The notes below the pieces were generated by a model that ran no database searches, was not told the origin of the DNA, and saw only the letters and a program-made list of their open reading frames with translations. From positions 8,494,001 through 8,558,000 of the forward strand of contig CP075496.1 of assembly GCA_021613535.1 (NCBI GenBank): DNA of 64,000 bases, in the 5' to 3' direction. The position numbers were made by a program, and so were the translations under genes. Source of the DNA: Adineta vaga (lineage: Eukaryota > Animalia > Rotifera). Of the stretch, positions 27,780 through 41,950 are shown piece after piece (positions within the stretch are counted from its first letter, which is position 1; the number at the start of each line of letters is the position of its first letter).

Positions 27780-28542
27780 GTTGTCAAGAAATGATTATAG
27801 GAATGAATAAGAAAATCATTTACTTTGTAGAAAAAGCATCTATATAAATGATGTAAATTTACTTGAAAATGTTTTACTCTTTTTTGAAAAGAAAATTAAA
27901 GTACCTCGCATTGTCCATTATTAAAAACATGCTAACTTAGAATGTTTTGTAAGTGTTAAAGTTCCATATTTATGTGGAAAGATGTAACTAAACCATTATA
28001 TATTTTCAAAGACTGAGTTTTTCATCAAACAACCATTGATATAAGATACTTCATCTTAAAAGTATATAATGCACTCTGATATGTTCTTTTTCCAGTTGAT
28101 CTTGAAAATCATTTAATAGGTCAAGATGATGTAACAATGAAAACATGATTATATGTATTTAAATACTCGAAACTTTTCTATTAAAGTTTTGCATTACGTC
28201 GTTCAATAATAAAACCATTATGTCTATTATATCTTTATGAAACGTATGTTCATTAATGTCATACCTAAAACGATGCACTGATATACCTTTCGTATGTATT
28301 CAATAGTTAATCCTTCTCTAAGACATACACAAATAAAATATTAAAAATTTCAAACTTCTAATCGATTAATTTATCATTGGTTAGATTGTTTCACTATATC
28401 AAAGTTTAGTAACTAAACAGACGATACTATGCTATAACACGTGTATATATTTTTATAAACAAAACGAATATTAGACAAAGAAAGACAAAAGAAATGTATA
28501 CTTTCTTTATTCAAGCGTTTATCGACCGAATCCTCACTAAAT

Positions 28543-29867
28543 ATGCAAGCAGCTGTATTAAATCATTTTAAAGAACCTCTCGAAATTAAACAAGTTGAAA
28601 TACCCAAGCCAGGATCTGATGATGTGTTAATTAAAACGATCGCTTGTGGTGTATGTCATACTGATTTACATTTTATTCGAGGAGGTAAAAAATAAAATGA
28701 ATATTTAAGTTTTCTCTGTTGTATTTTCTGTTCTTTTCTTGAACTAGATTGGGAAATATTTCAACAATATCTTCCTCGTATACCTGGTCACGAAGGAATC
28801 GGGGAAGTAATAGAATTAGGATCAAATGCAAATGATTATTTAAAAAAAGGAGATATTATTGGTATTCCTTGGGTGCATGAAACGTGTCTTCAATGTGAAT
28901 ATTGTTTAACAGATCGAGAAGAATTTTGTATGAAATTAGTACGATCTGGTGTATCTGTTCATGGATGTTTTGCTGAATATGTTCTAATGAATGCGAAATT
29001 TGCTGTTAAACTTCCACAAGACATGGATCCATATACTTCAGCACCACTTTATTGTGCAGGTGTGACAATGTATAAAGCTTTGAAAAGTTCACGATTAAAA
29101 TCAGGAGAATGGATATCAATCGTAGGTGTTGGTGGTCTTGGTAAGATTTGTTTTATTTCATAATGATGATTGTTGATAAAGTAGTTTGTTCTATATGATT
29201 ATTTACTTAGGATCTATCGGTATTCAATATGCAATTGCAATGGGTATGAAAGTATTAGCCGTAGTAGCACCTGATGATAAAGTAATAATTTTGAAATGGA
29301 AGTATCATTTTAATCGCGTTTATTTTAGAATTCCGTAAAATTAGCAAAAGAATTGGGCGTAGAAGACGGTAAGTTCTTGTGCCTTTTAATTGTTTAGAAT
29401 GATTGATTTCATAATGAAATGTGTATATAGATCTGTTGTTGAAGAGAAATAAAAAATCTTTCTATGCATTTGTTTTTCTAGTTTATGATGGTCCAGCAGA
29501 CAAACATGGAGAATGGATTCGTAATAAAGTTGGCGGTGTCCAAGCATCGTTTGTTACTGTACCATTAACTATTGCTTTTGAACAAGCATTTGAATCAGTA
29601 AAACGTTGTGGTCGAGTTATCGGTGTAGGCATGCCAAAAGGTAATATGTCCATACCAATAACTCGATGGGTAACGAGTGGAATTGAACTTATTGGTTCTA
29701 CACTTGGTTCACGACACGATTTGCAAGAAGCATTAGATTTTGCTAAACTTCATCGAATTGAATGTAAAGTGGAAAAACGAAACTTGGAAGATATCAATGA
29801 AATCTTTGATGAAATGTCAAATGGTAAAATCAATGGCAGAATTGTGATTGATTTTGTGAAGAAATAG
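28543..29867 (+). CDS. Zn-dependent alcohol dehydrogenase (AdhP/yeast ADH-like MDR), multi-exon
   Basis: CGVCHTDLH, PGHEGIG, structural Zn C..CEYC......C, APLYCAGVT.YKAL, GVGGLG and GKINGRIV. About five short introns. Confidence 0.92.
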
Positions 29868-29979
29868 TTTTTGATACTAAATAAACAAATTAACTGAAAG
29901 TAACTTATATAATTAGAACATTCAATAATTTATTGTAGAAAAAATAATAATAACAGAGCGATAAGACATCGACACATAT

Positions 29980-31500
29980 TCAAGCATTTGAGAATTTTAA
30001 ACGAAAAACTAGAGATAACACAAACAGAAGAAGAAGTAGAATAAAAATAAACAACTTTTTCTTTAACAAATCAAATATTGACAATTCATTTCTCGTATTA
30101 TTTACCGGTAATAATAATGTTCGTTCTGAAGCGACTTCTCTATTTGAAATATTTAATTGTGCTCTTTCTCCTTGTTCTCTCCAATTAATCTTTCGTATAT
30201 AGATATAAAAGATAATATTCGTTACAATTAAACTTGTTATTAGAGCTAACCAATAACCAGTCATATTTAAATGTAAAACAAATATAAAAAGAATACCCAT
30301 TGGAATGCCTACGAAACAGTAGGATAAAAATGAAAGTATGGCATCGAAATACTGTCTTCCACATGCACGTAAAATGCTTGCTTGGGATAAATGATAGAAA
30401 TCAAATGTACAACAAATGATTACAATTAATAATAAATATCGCGTTTGATCACGAGCTGATTCAGGTGTATGAAATACATATGGAATCCAATAGATAACAA
30501 GTAAACCACATAGAATTGTAAGACTAATCGGAATCCAAACAATAATATAAATTGTATTTTTGACTTGTATCGCTTTTTCATATAAATTAGCTCCAAGATA
30601 TCGTCCCATGACAATAGTTGCACTTACAGCAAATGCAAGTGTAATAAGAAAAATACAAAAATCAACATAAAAAACAACATTTTGTGCTGTTATAGCATCT
30701 TCATTGAATATTACTGCAAATAGAATAGCACCACCATAGACAAGAGTTTGAAGAAAACTTATAATAATTCCAGGAAAACCTAATTTGATATAAGTTGCCC
30801 AATCATATAAACAATCTCGTGTCCATGATTGCCATGTTTCTTTGGATGTAGATGATAACCAAAGGTAGACTATGCATGATAAACCCATCGTTAAATAAGC
30901 AAAACTGAAAGCAATCGGTGGTGTTGCAACACCAAACTTGAATATGTATAATAACAAACAATGAATGAGAATATTTACGACATTACCAATACCATTTATT
31001 ATTAAAAGTGGCCATGTCACACCATGATTGATAACAAATTTTTGCATAAGTATTGAAAATGCTTCACATGGAACCGTCGCCATTGAAAATAATAGATATC
31101 GATTAATTAATCGAACAGTTTGTTCATCTTTTTCAATAAATCCTGTTAAATATTGTATATTAACAAGACATATCCATGCGAAAATAACACCATTGATTCC
31201 CAATAAAAATCCACGTTGAATTATAGTACCCATTTGACGTTTATTTCCACCATAAGCTTGACTTAATAGTGTATCACAAGCATATGTTAAACCAAAATGA
31301 AAAGAATATGCAAATAATAAATAGAGAGTTCGTGCTAATGCACATGCATTGAATTCTTGTTGACCAGTCCATCCCATAAAAATATTCGAAACAGCTGGTA
31401 TGAGTAATAATTCAAGTACATAACTGAATATATATGGTAGGCATAGACGAAATATTTGTTTTGTATCTGATCGAAATTCAGTATTGGAAATTGTTTGCAT
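29980..31500 (-). CDS. MATE (SLC47-like) multidrug/toxin efflux transporter
   Basis: About 12 TM segments. Motifs CDTLLSQAYG, WQSWTRDCLYDW..YIKLG.PG, GRYLGAN and ILRACGRQ. Intronless. Confidence 0.9.
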   Translation of the reverse strand: MQTISNTEFRSDTKQIFRLCLPYIFSYVLELLLIPAVSNIFMGWTGQQEFNACALARTLYLLFAYSFHFGLTYACDTLLSQAYGGNKRQMGTIIQRGFLLGINGVIFAWICLVNIQYLTGFIEKDEQTVRLINRYLLFSMATVPCEAFSILMQKFVINHGVTWPLLIINGIGNVVNILIHCLLLYIFKFGVATPPIAFSFAYLTMGLSCIVYLWLSSTSKETWQSWTRDCLYDWATYIKLGFPGIIISFLQTLVYGGAILFAVIFNEDAITAQNVVFYVDFCIFLITLAFAVSATIVMGRYLGANLYEKAIQVKNTIYIIVWIPISLTILCGLLVIYWIPYVFHTPESARDQTRYLLLIVIICCTFDFYHLSQASILRACGRQYFDAILSFLSYCFVGIPMGILFIFVLHLNMTGYWLALITSLIVTNIIFYIYIRKINWREQGERAQLNISNREVASERTLLLPVNNTRNELSIFDLLKKKLFIFILLLLLFVLSLVFRLKFSNA

Positions 31501-32899
31501 TGATCGATTTGCTTTTATTATATACGAGAAGATGATATTAATTATTCTATCTAGAAATAAGACTTGTTGACTTTTAAACTGCTTGAGATTGCTTCTTTCC
31601 AAAGTATTAAATGATCAATTGTATCATATTCTTCCACCACGATTGTGTAAGAAAACAAAGTATTCTATAGCCTCAAAACAACGAAATCTTATATTGAGAA
31701 TTAAGTACTACGTACTTGGTTTCGAAATTTTTTATTGCATGTTTTAATTGCTTCTTACCGATCTGAAAAAATGAGTTTTTAACTTGTATACAAAGAAAAA
31801 AGTATAAAAAAAGCTTCACAAAAGAGTGCATTGATGCTATATTTCGAAGCCCTCAATATGTTCCAGTAAAAAAACGTATTTATTCTTAAGAAAAATTCAA
31901 AATTAACAAACTTGACTCAAGATTATGTATTGCAATTTGCTCGTTACCTCTTATAAGTCATATAATATAATCAGTTGTAATTATTATCTGTGAAAATAAA
32001 ATGATGAAGAGAAAACATAGAACAATACTTTTCTACGACCGAACATAAATTCTTTCATATCGTCTAATAGACATCGTTTTCTTTGTTTCATAAAAACAGA
32101 ATAATGTAAATGCATATTGGCAGCAGAAAAAAGCAACACGTACACTTATCGAAATATATTCGTAAGAAGTAAAGTGCATGTTATAATTTGACAGTAGATA
32201 GAACCGTCCATTCATGAGAAAATATTTTTCACATAACTTCTGTTTCATACCATGAAGAAAATAGTTAAATGAATACTCTCATAAAAGTATTTTACTTACC
32301 TCACACTCAAATTTTCTTCGCAGGAAGGTAAACAAATGATGATGTTTCAGATCTTTATGAAAATGCGCACACCTAATAACCAATAGAGGCCGTTAAACAA
32401 ACGTTGTATGCGATGGAAGGAAAATTGTGCTTAATTGATATCTTAATGTCCTTCATTAATGCAGCATATACAGAACGTATATATATATATATATACGCGT
32501 ATTGTTGCACTCACGATATAGACGAAGAGATCGATTTGTCTATGTAAAATGATACTTTGTTGATAACGTTTCAAAAACTTTCTTCTGTATTTTGGTGATG
32601 AAGTCTTGTGGCTATATTCACGAGTTGAATATTTATTTAGAAAGAAAGAAACATATTTTGAAATTTCGAGATAGAATGCATAATGGATTATTTTATCTGA
32701 TTAAACAATAACTCGCTAATCACAATCAAATCATTCTGAAGATGTGAAAGATCTAGAATTGGGCAACGAAAAAGTATTTCACAGTATTACATTAAGACAA
32801 CCCGAGATATTTGATCATATATGACAAAGAAACACTTTTCTAAGAATTTCACTAATCAATATTTATAGATGATATGATAAGTAAAATAAATTTTCTAGT

Positions 32900-33133
32900 T
32901 TAACATCGTAGTACAGTGCCAATCGTTCCAGTTCGAAGACAAGAAGCTGCATTGATTACAGCTGTGTTAGATATAATCGTTCTTGTTGTTGCTTGAGTCG
33001 TACGAACTGGTGTTGCTGATCTTGATCCTCCAGAAATTACTAAATCTAAATTATTTCAATAAATAACTCAAATGCAAAATATAGTATTATACTTACTAGA
33101 TCGATCCATTGTTTTACTATGATGATTTCCCAT
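32900..33133 (-). CDS. Putative two-exon micro-protein (~58 aa) with an MG start
   Basis: ATG GGA AAT...TCT A|GTAAGT, then a ~56-nt intron ending tttAG, gives MGNHHSKTMDRSIISGGSRSATPVRTTQATTRTIISNTAVINAASCLRTGTIGTVLRC*. A TATA-like element lies ~55 nt upstream. Confidence 0.55.
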
Positions 33134-34905
33134 TCTGCGTCTTAATTAATTACTAACTTTTAAATTAGACTCTTCATTTAACTGATATATTTATACAATT
33201 TATTTCGATGTACCGTACATGAGTCATACGAATCACGTTCTCACTGCGTGATCATAGATATATGCATCAATCAATATGACGATATTGCCTTTATTCATCG
33301 TGAACATAAATTGAGCACGATAAAGCATGCATCAATAATCTTACAATATCATCATCATAGTACAATTAAAACTAGCTTACTTGATAGGACAAAGCGAATA
33401 TATTACCTTATTAACCAATGGTTATAGTACTGTTTGAGACCTTTATCAATCGTTTAATCAAAACGTTTTTTCAAACGAATCTTGCTTCAATTACACATAA
33501 GTGAAATAATATCCTTATGAAATTTAAGTACGCATCAAGAAGAATGATATAGGACATTTTCAATATTAAATACCGAAAACTTCTTCAAATCAAGGCATCT
33601 GTTACATAATAAATCATAAAAAAATACCTGAAATTTACAGAATCGTCTACAGTCAAAATATAAAATAAAAAAGGAAATCACCTTTTTCTTCACTCATTTG
33701 ATTTCGATAAATGATCAAAAGTTATATTTATTTCCTTAACGATGCTTATTAAATACTCGTTATTCTTCTGTTTCGTTCTATTGATGTCATGATCGATAAA
33801 GAATTAAAATAAAACCATAACAAGAAAGAGCATGCTATTTCTGCTTCGATTGATGTATATCTCTCATACCAATTCGTTGTGTATAAACTTGAAAATGAGT
33901 TTTCGATGATTGCATGATTGTTTTTGCATGATTTTATAATAGTTTCAAATCAATTAATCTATTTTCTAGTCAATTAGTTTTGATTTTAAATATTACGTTC
34001 GAGAATCATTTGAATATTCTACAAGTATTTTATTGAGCGGATGACTTTGAAAATATTCAGTTCTTATTGTTACATATTGTATTAATTCATCAATAGATCA
34101 ACTTTCTGAACAAATAAAGATATTTTATGAGCAACGTCAACTATATGCACGATCATCTATTTCTTATTTTCTCTATTGTTTCGTTAACTTTTCTAAACTG
34201 TTGTTGTTGTTGAAACTTAACAGTAGTATTTAATAAATCAAGGGTTTAATTTCAATCAGATGGTGATATCCAGAGAATGTAATTCCAAGAGATATCAATG
34301 ATTTGAATTATGACTCGTTTATATTCAAAAAAAAGGTCGACTCTTCATCGAAATATTTTTGTTATTCTCCTATAAACTTGGTATATTTTTTTACCTAATA
34401 TTACGATATTACTTTCTATGACTTTTGCGTTGATTCGTGATACAACAAAAAAATACATAGTTACAGTTTCGCTTGAATAATGTCCAGGTGTGCATGATTT
34501 ATTCTGAATTTGATTCTATCATCTAAAATACGAGTCTACTTCCGTTGTGTAACCGAATGAGTAATGTTTTCGATTTTTTGTCATGATTTAAATAATCATG
34601 ACGATTTCCGTTTTTGGGTATTCTTTCAATTATAATTATTGAGGTGTGAACTAAACTAAACTATTGAATAGACATTCTCAATATATGAGGCAATTCTTAG
34701 TGACAAAGAATCAATCGTATCATTAAACAATATTACTATCATTTATTCATCGATGAATTAATAAATGTTCTATTCTATTGAGATAATTTTTATCCATTCT
34801 CTTATAAAGTGTCAATACATCCGTTGCCACAGGTACATTTGTAGAATATTTATATGGATACGTATTTTTTCTCTAGATAAAACTACCTATCAAAATTATA
34901 CAATC

Positions 34906-37622
34906 ATGGTATTGATGAAGATCTTTGGAGTGCCTATGGTCATTATGAGTATTAGTAATAGTTACTGTAGGTGTAATGCTCACTGTTATTGCTTCAGCTG
35001 TGACTGTAATTAGTATCTATGCTCTTGGTCCTGGAGGAGGTAAGTTGACAATATTTTAAAATTCAAGAAAGAAACAATGATTTCCTATACGTTAATCACT
35101 GAGCAGAAATATATTTAAGAACGTTTTCTTTCCTTCATTATTTATGAGGGAGAAATGAATTTATGATATATTTCGTTTCTTAGAATGTAAAATCTTAGTT
35201 TTTAATCATTGTATTACAATTATTATATTTTTTATAGAAAATACTGTGACTGTTGTACAAGCAGATATCAGTGTGGCTATGTTACGTATGATAATAGGAA
35301 ATGAATACAATCAATTTTTTAGTAAGAGAACGACGCTTCATGAAACTATCTACGGAATCAATAGCACTTTTTCACAAAAATTTCCCAAAGACTTTGTCAA
35401 AGTTATTATATCGTCGTTTACTGAACGACCTCGTCTCATCGATCATATTGATAATGAAACGAATTCAATTGAAGGACAACCATCACTAGTTATTGTCAAT
35501 GGTAGTATTTATTTTATGATGAATCATACCAAAGAGCAAATTCGCCAAGCGATGGAAGAGTATACTCAAAATATTGTTCTTCTCACGCGTGACGGCCTTC
35601 CCAGTTCAGGAAATGGTGTTATATCACAAGCATCTTCAGCTTTTACCGGTACTTTCCCATGCAAATACACAGTTGGTGGTGTGAAGAACCTAAATTCATT
35701 GGATTTGTCCGATGACTCTGCTATATCGCCTCCAGAATTATTTACTCTTCTTCCAATTAATTCTACTTCAACTTCATTGCCATCTATCACTAATACCTTA
35801 GAAAATAGTACTGTAATGACTAATTATACTACCGAGAGCAGTATTGACACAAACACAACACATACAACTCCATTGATCACAAACACAACTCTATTGATCT
35901 TAAACCAGACAGATCCAACTCCATTGATCACAAACACAACTCTATTGATCTTAAACCAGACAGATCCAACTCCATTGATCACAAACACAACTCTATTGAT
36001 CTTAAACCAGACAGATCCAACTCCATTGATCACAAACACAACTCTATTGATCTTAAACCAGACAGATCCAACTCCATTGATCACAAACACAACTCTTATT
36101 GATCTTAAACCAGACAGATCCAACTCCATTGATCACAAACACAACTCTATTGATCTTAAACCAGACAGATCCAACTCCATTGATCACAAACACAACTCTA
36201 TTGATCTTAAACCAGACAGATCCAACTCCATTGATCACAAACACAACTCTATTGATCTTAAACCAGACAGATCCAACTCCATTGATCACAAACACAACTC
36301 TATTGATCTTAAACCAGACAGATCCAACTCCATTGATCACAAACACAACTCTATTGATCTTAAACCAGACAGATACAACTCTGAGATCCACAGAAACCGA
36401 TTCAACTTCGAACGTCACACCGACAGATACAACTCTGAGATCCACAGAAACCGATTCAACTCCGGACGTCACATCGACCGACACAACTCCGAGATCCACA
36501 GAAACCGATTCAACTCCGGACGTCACACCGACCGACACAACTCCGGACGTCACACCGACCGATACAACTCCGAGATCCACAGAAACCGATTCAACTCTGG
36601 ACGTTACACAAACTTATAGCAATTTGAATGATACAACTGTTACTCTTATTACAGAATTGACGAATCCTTCATGTTCTTTTATTTCTCAATCAAGTTTTCA
36701 ACTGCAATTGAAACGGGCAATGCAAACATTGGAATTACCGCTATTTTATAATATAACTTCTACATTTCAAGAATTATCCACAAGTCTTACCAAGCATATT
36801 ATAACAAATTTTTCGAGTAAATTTCTTAAAATTGTTATTACAGATATAACAGGTATACCACTATTATCCCATAATAATCAATCAAGTTATATAAACATCA
36901 CTGGCCAAATTTATTCCGCTAACAATTATTTTGAAACCGGACTATACAATCTTCTTCGTTCATATGAATCAATGATAACTTTTAAAAATACAACAGGACA
37001 ACCTAGTGCATACATAGGTAAAACAAATTCTGTCACCGTATCGCTGAAATCGAAGGTCACACTTGAAGAAGAAACAAGTCATTTTTATATGTGTTATCCT
37101 CTGTCATCTCTCTCTTTGTATTACAATAACCCTGATAACTTTACTACTGTTTGTCAACCCTTTTTCAAAATGTCTACAAGTATTGGAATGCGGTTTCATA
37201 TGTATCATTCAAGTTCAGTTAGGTACAATAATCAAACTTATGCATTTGAACATCTTATTGCAAGTCTTACCGAACATATGATAATAAATTTGCCCGGTAC
37301 ATTTGTTTATTTTCATGTTGGCAATATACTTGATGCAAGTGTGTCATTCACACTATCGGAAGGATCTCATTTGACAGAATTCTCGATTACGATTTCTGGT
37401 GCATATTATTTCTTGTTAGAACATACAAAAGAAGAAATTCGTGCAATTCTTAATAAATACGCTACATCACTCGATTTTCAATCAGCAACTGGCGATATAT
37501 TTTCCGTAGCAAGCAGTTTTTCAAATGGAGATTTGTCAATATCATCGGAAGGGTTTTCTCAAGTTTCATTAAGAGAAAATACGTTGTTTACTTGTCAACG
37601 AGTTGTTCAATATTCATCTTAA
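34906..37622 (+). CDS. Type II membrane mucin-like protein A: N-terminal TM, three SEA-like domains, tandem repeats; frameshifts near 34950 and 36095
   Basis: Exon 1 encodes a hydrophobic anchor (VLVIVTVGVMLTVIASAVTVISIY). The intron 35040-35237 joins in frame to ORF 35246. One repeat copy has an extra T (aactcttatt) that shifts the frame into ORF 36099. Confidence 0.7.
35866..36610 (+). repeat. Coding minisatellites: ~10 x 51 bp (PLITNTTLLILNQTDPT) then ~4 x 54 bp (TDTTPRSTETDSTPDVTP)
   Basis: Near-identical unit ccaactccattgatcacaaacacaactctattgatcttaaaccagacagat is visible directly. Confidence 0.95.
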
Positions 37623-38937
37623 TGCCATCATCAAATACAATATTGTTACCATGTCAATGTAGCTATAATACCAATTTCTATTTCAGCACGACGAACTTGT
37701 TCTATGAATAAAAAAATTCATTTTTGTACAATAAATATTTAGTTTTCATCGCATGAAGATGATGTTAGATGTTAGATCAGAATACAACTATGCAAATATT
37801 TGAAACTGTCTTAATGTTTCCAAGATATTTGCATATATTAAGATTTTAATTAGAAAATTTATTTGAAACGATTTGTAAAATACAATTAAAACATTTCTGG
37901 ATAGATGGTTGTTATTTTATGTTACTATAATCACACAGTTTTATTTAATTATACCGTATAAACCGTTTTCTCTTAGAATTAATAAAGCATTTTATTAATT
38001 AGTATGATTCGAAGGACAAGGAGCTTTCGATGTAATAATATGCAATACAATCTTCATATCTATTTATGACATAACAACAGACAGAAAAGGACATATTTTA
38101 TTAATTTTCTACTTATTTAACGATTCGTCAATGCCAATTCATCGTTCAAAAAAATACATGATATAGGTAAAACTGCAAACTGAAAAACAAGTCTCCATAT
38201 TCGACACTTCAGAGGGTAAGTACGAAATACTTCATAAGATAAATATTAAAAAAAACATCCTTTGACAATATAAATACTAGATAAGCGCAGACGATTTCTA
38301 TCGGAAGAAAAAATTGTACTTGACCCGTCTTTTTCGTTTGCGAGTAATCCTTTCTTACGGATGAATGCTTCAATACCGATCGTAATTTTCGCTTATCATT
38401 AGTGAACTTCCGACTTTTTGTCCTATGAAATACGAATTATAATTATTCAGAAATATTTATTCGAAATCATGAGAAAATAAATGTCATTTTCTTCATTGAC
38501 ACGGAAGAACTGTATTACCTATTTGATCAGATACAAAAGTCCAGTTTCGTTCATGAAATTATTCATTAGTTTTTTATTCTACCATTGAAAAAAGAATTTT
38601 TTTTTATCAAATTATAACAAAAATCATCTTGAATGATATGAAAAAGTAAACGAATGTCTATGTCATGTTTGATTATTTCATTCTGATATCTTTGCATTAC
38701 TTTTAGACACAAAAAACTAAGAATTACTACACTTATTATATAGAAAAATGTTTGTTTTTCTCTGTTTTTCAGGTGATAATGATATGCTTGTCGCATTATG
38801 AGTTATGACTTTGATTACGAATCGATGAATATCATCGTTGACACGCAAGTGAAAGCAAATCATGTATAAAGGTATATATACCTTTCGTGAAAGCGTTATA
38901 ATAAATAACTTAGAATCCGCAAGGAGGTAGACGCAAC

Positions 38938-41900
38938 ATGTTTGATCCATCTTTGGTCCTTCGGTTTATTATGATTGGACTTACTGCTGGTGTAATGGGA
39001 TCTGTAGTCGTGACGACTGTAATGATCATAGTAAAGACTCAAGAATTACCACCGGTTTATGAATCGAATATCTATTTAGTTCTTGATCGCCCCATTGCTG
39101 TCTATGAATTAGATTTGTTCTATGATCCACGAGCAACGTTAGAAGGTTTTATTGAAAGTCTGAACTTTGAATATAAATCATATTTTTCATTAACATGTCT
39201 TAAACTTATTGTTACTGCATTTAAGTTAAAACCAATTGTACTTGAAAAACTTCCGAGTCCTATCGAACAAATACCGAAAGATACACCATCCATTGTCGTT
39301 TTAAATGCGACGGTTTTTTTCAACCAAAGCTACACTGCTGAAGAGGTTCGAGCTGCTCTTATAAATTATACACGAATTATTGATCTTATTAATAAATATA
39401 ATGGCAAACCAAGTGGAAGATACGCGACTATAAATTTGGCAAAGTCAATCTTCAGAGCTACCAATCCTTCCAGCTTTAAAAAGAAAGACGCATTGATGCA
39501 AAAAGATGTTGAAATTAATATGTCACCGCAAGACTATGTTCTCGAAGCGATATCAGGAAGCAACGATGATTTCTATACTACTCCACCGATTCAAAAAAAA
39601 ACGTGTGACTATTTTGTTCCAGCATATATGAGCATAACGTTTGAACGTTCTTTTCCTACTACAGAAAAACGTCAATTTGCTGATCTCGCATCCACTTTAC
39701 AAGATCTTGCCACAAATGTTCAAAATCGAATTACATCAAAATTCGGTACATCATTCATTAAACTTGATATTTTACTGTTTTCTGATCAGCCAATTCTATT
39801 TCCCAATACTCAAACAGTACTGACAACCGTTGTTTGTAGGATTTATCTAACATTAAATCAACGCGCCACTTTGATAGAACAAAGTCTCAAAGACGATACA
39901 CAATCGATTACTCTGTTGGATGTTGCCAATGTCCCAAGTTCAGCTATCGCGTCATTTTCGTCCAAATACTCCATCTTTACAGACACCACTTATCAATCAC
40001 TAACGAATCAGCTAACAACTGAACTGACTAATCTTTGCTACAAAGACATGTGGACAATCTCAATGACCATTCCAACAACAATACCATCCACAACATACAC
40101 ATCCACGGAAACTACTATCACCAACAGCAAAACTACAACTAGCTCTCCTACTACTGTCATAGTCACAACTATCCCTACCACTACTACTCTTAGAACTACT
40201 ACATCCAGCACTATTACTGCTACTACTATGCCGAGCACTACAGCAACCATCACCACTACTACTCCAAGCACCACCACACCCACCACTACTACCACGGAAT
40301 CTACAACTACCACCACCACACCCACCACTACTACCACGGAATCCACCAGTACCACCACCACACCCACCACTACTACCACGGAATCTACAACTACCACCAC
40401 CACACCACACCACTACTACCACGGAATCTACCAGTACCAGTACTACCACCACCACACCAACCACTACTACCACGGAATCTACAACTTCCACCACTAGCAC
40501 CACCACACCAACCACTGCTACCACGGAATCTACAACTACCACCACTAGCACTACCACACCAACCACTACTACCACGGAATCTACCAGTACCAGTACTACC
40601 ACCACCACACCAACCACTACTACCACGGAATCTACAACTACCACCACTAGCACCACCACACCAACCACTGCTACCACGGAATCTACAACTACCACCACTA
40701 GCACTACCACACCAACCACTACTACCACGGAATCTACCAGTACCAGTACTACCACCACCACACCAACTACTACTACCACGGAATCTACCAGTACCAGTAC
40801 TACCACCACCACACCAACTACTACTACCACGGAATCTACAACTACCACCACTAGCACTACCACACCAACCACTACTACCACGGAATCTACAACTACCACC
40901 ACTAGCACTACCACACCAACCACTACTACCACGGACTCTACAACTACCACCACTAGCACTACCACACCAACCACTACTACCACGGACTCTACAACTACCA
41001 CCACTAGCACTACCACACCAACCACTACTACCACGGACTCTACAACTACCAGTACTACCACCACCACACCAACTACTACTACCACGGAATCTACAACTAC
41101 CACCACTAGCACTACCACACCAACCACTACTACCACGGACTCTACAACTACCACCACTAGCACTACCACACCAACCACTACTACCACGGACTCTACAACT
41201 ACCAGTACTACCACCACCACACCAACCACTACTACCACGGAATCCACCACTAGCACCACTACTACTACAGAATCTACCAGTACAAATGCCGTTACTAGTA
41301 TAAAATCCACTACGACGGCTGCTACACTCAGTACTACCACAAGTACTAAGACCCCCGACACAACTACTACTATAACGGTGACACGCACACCGGAAATAAC
41401 AGTATCTACAATTGCAAAAACTACAAGTACACCATTAACGCGCGTTCCTGAAACAGTTACTACAACGTCCAGATGTAATTTAAACGATCAAGTTTATGAA
41501 GCATATATGAGCATTAGTCTTTTGCTTTCCGCTACTAATGATGAAATGGCTGTATTTTCAAATATAGGTACAACAATTGAAGATATTCGAGTATCGTTAA
41601 ATGTCGAATTGAAAGTAGCATTTCCATTGTCATTTTTAAAATTTAATTACATTATGATGTCAAATCAACCGATTGTATTTTCGACTATGAAGAGTAGACG
41701 AAGAAAACGGCAGTCAGATCAAACAGCAGTGATCATTGTGATTGGTAAAGCTTACTTTACACAAAGTCAATCACGATTCGAGTTACGTACGTCCCTAAAA
41801 AATTATAAATTGGGCATAGATGTTCTAAACAAATACGGAACATCAAATACAAGACTTAGTTCTTTTTCTGCAGATCATTCTATATTCGGAGATACATCAT

Positions 41901-41950
41901 CAATTGAATTAACTTCAGAAGAAATCGTCGATTTGACTGCATACTGTTGA
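38938..41950 (+). CDS. Type II membrane mucin-like protein B (paralogue of A); frameshift near 40405
   Basis: N-terminal TM, two SEA-like domains, Thr-rich repeat tract and a final SEA-like domain containing RRRKR. ORFs 38938 and 41378 are joined across one indel. Confidence 0.75.
40270..41260 (+). repeat. Coding Thr-rich minisatellite, mostly 51-bp units (ESTTTTTSTTTPTTTTT)
   Basis: Repeating gaatctacaactaccaccactagcactaccacaccaaccactactaccacg and variants. Confidence 0.95.

Noticed and set aside
35866-36610. Regular direct repeats resembling a CRISPR array
   Set aside because: The units are contiguous with no unique spacers, are multiples of 3, lie within a eukaryotic CDS, and no cas genes are present.
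36096-36619. DLKPDRSNSIDHKHNSI repeat tail of ORF 35246-36619
   Set aside because: Off-frame reading after a single extra T. The other frame continues into homologous domains.
40038-41388. Long Val-rich minus-strand ORFs (also at 35824-36580)
   Set aside because: Antisense shadows of the Thr-rich repeat coding sequence.
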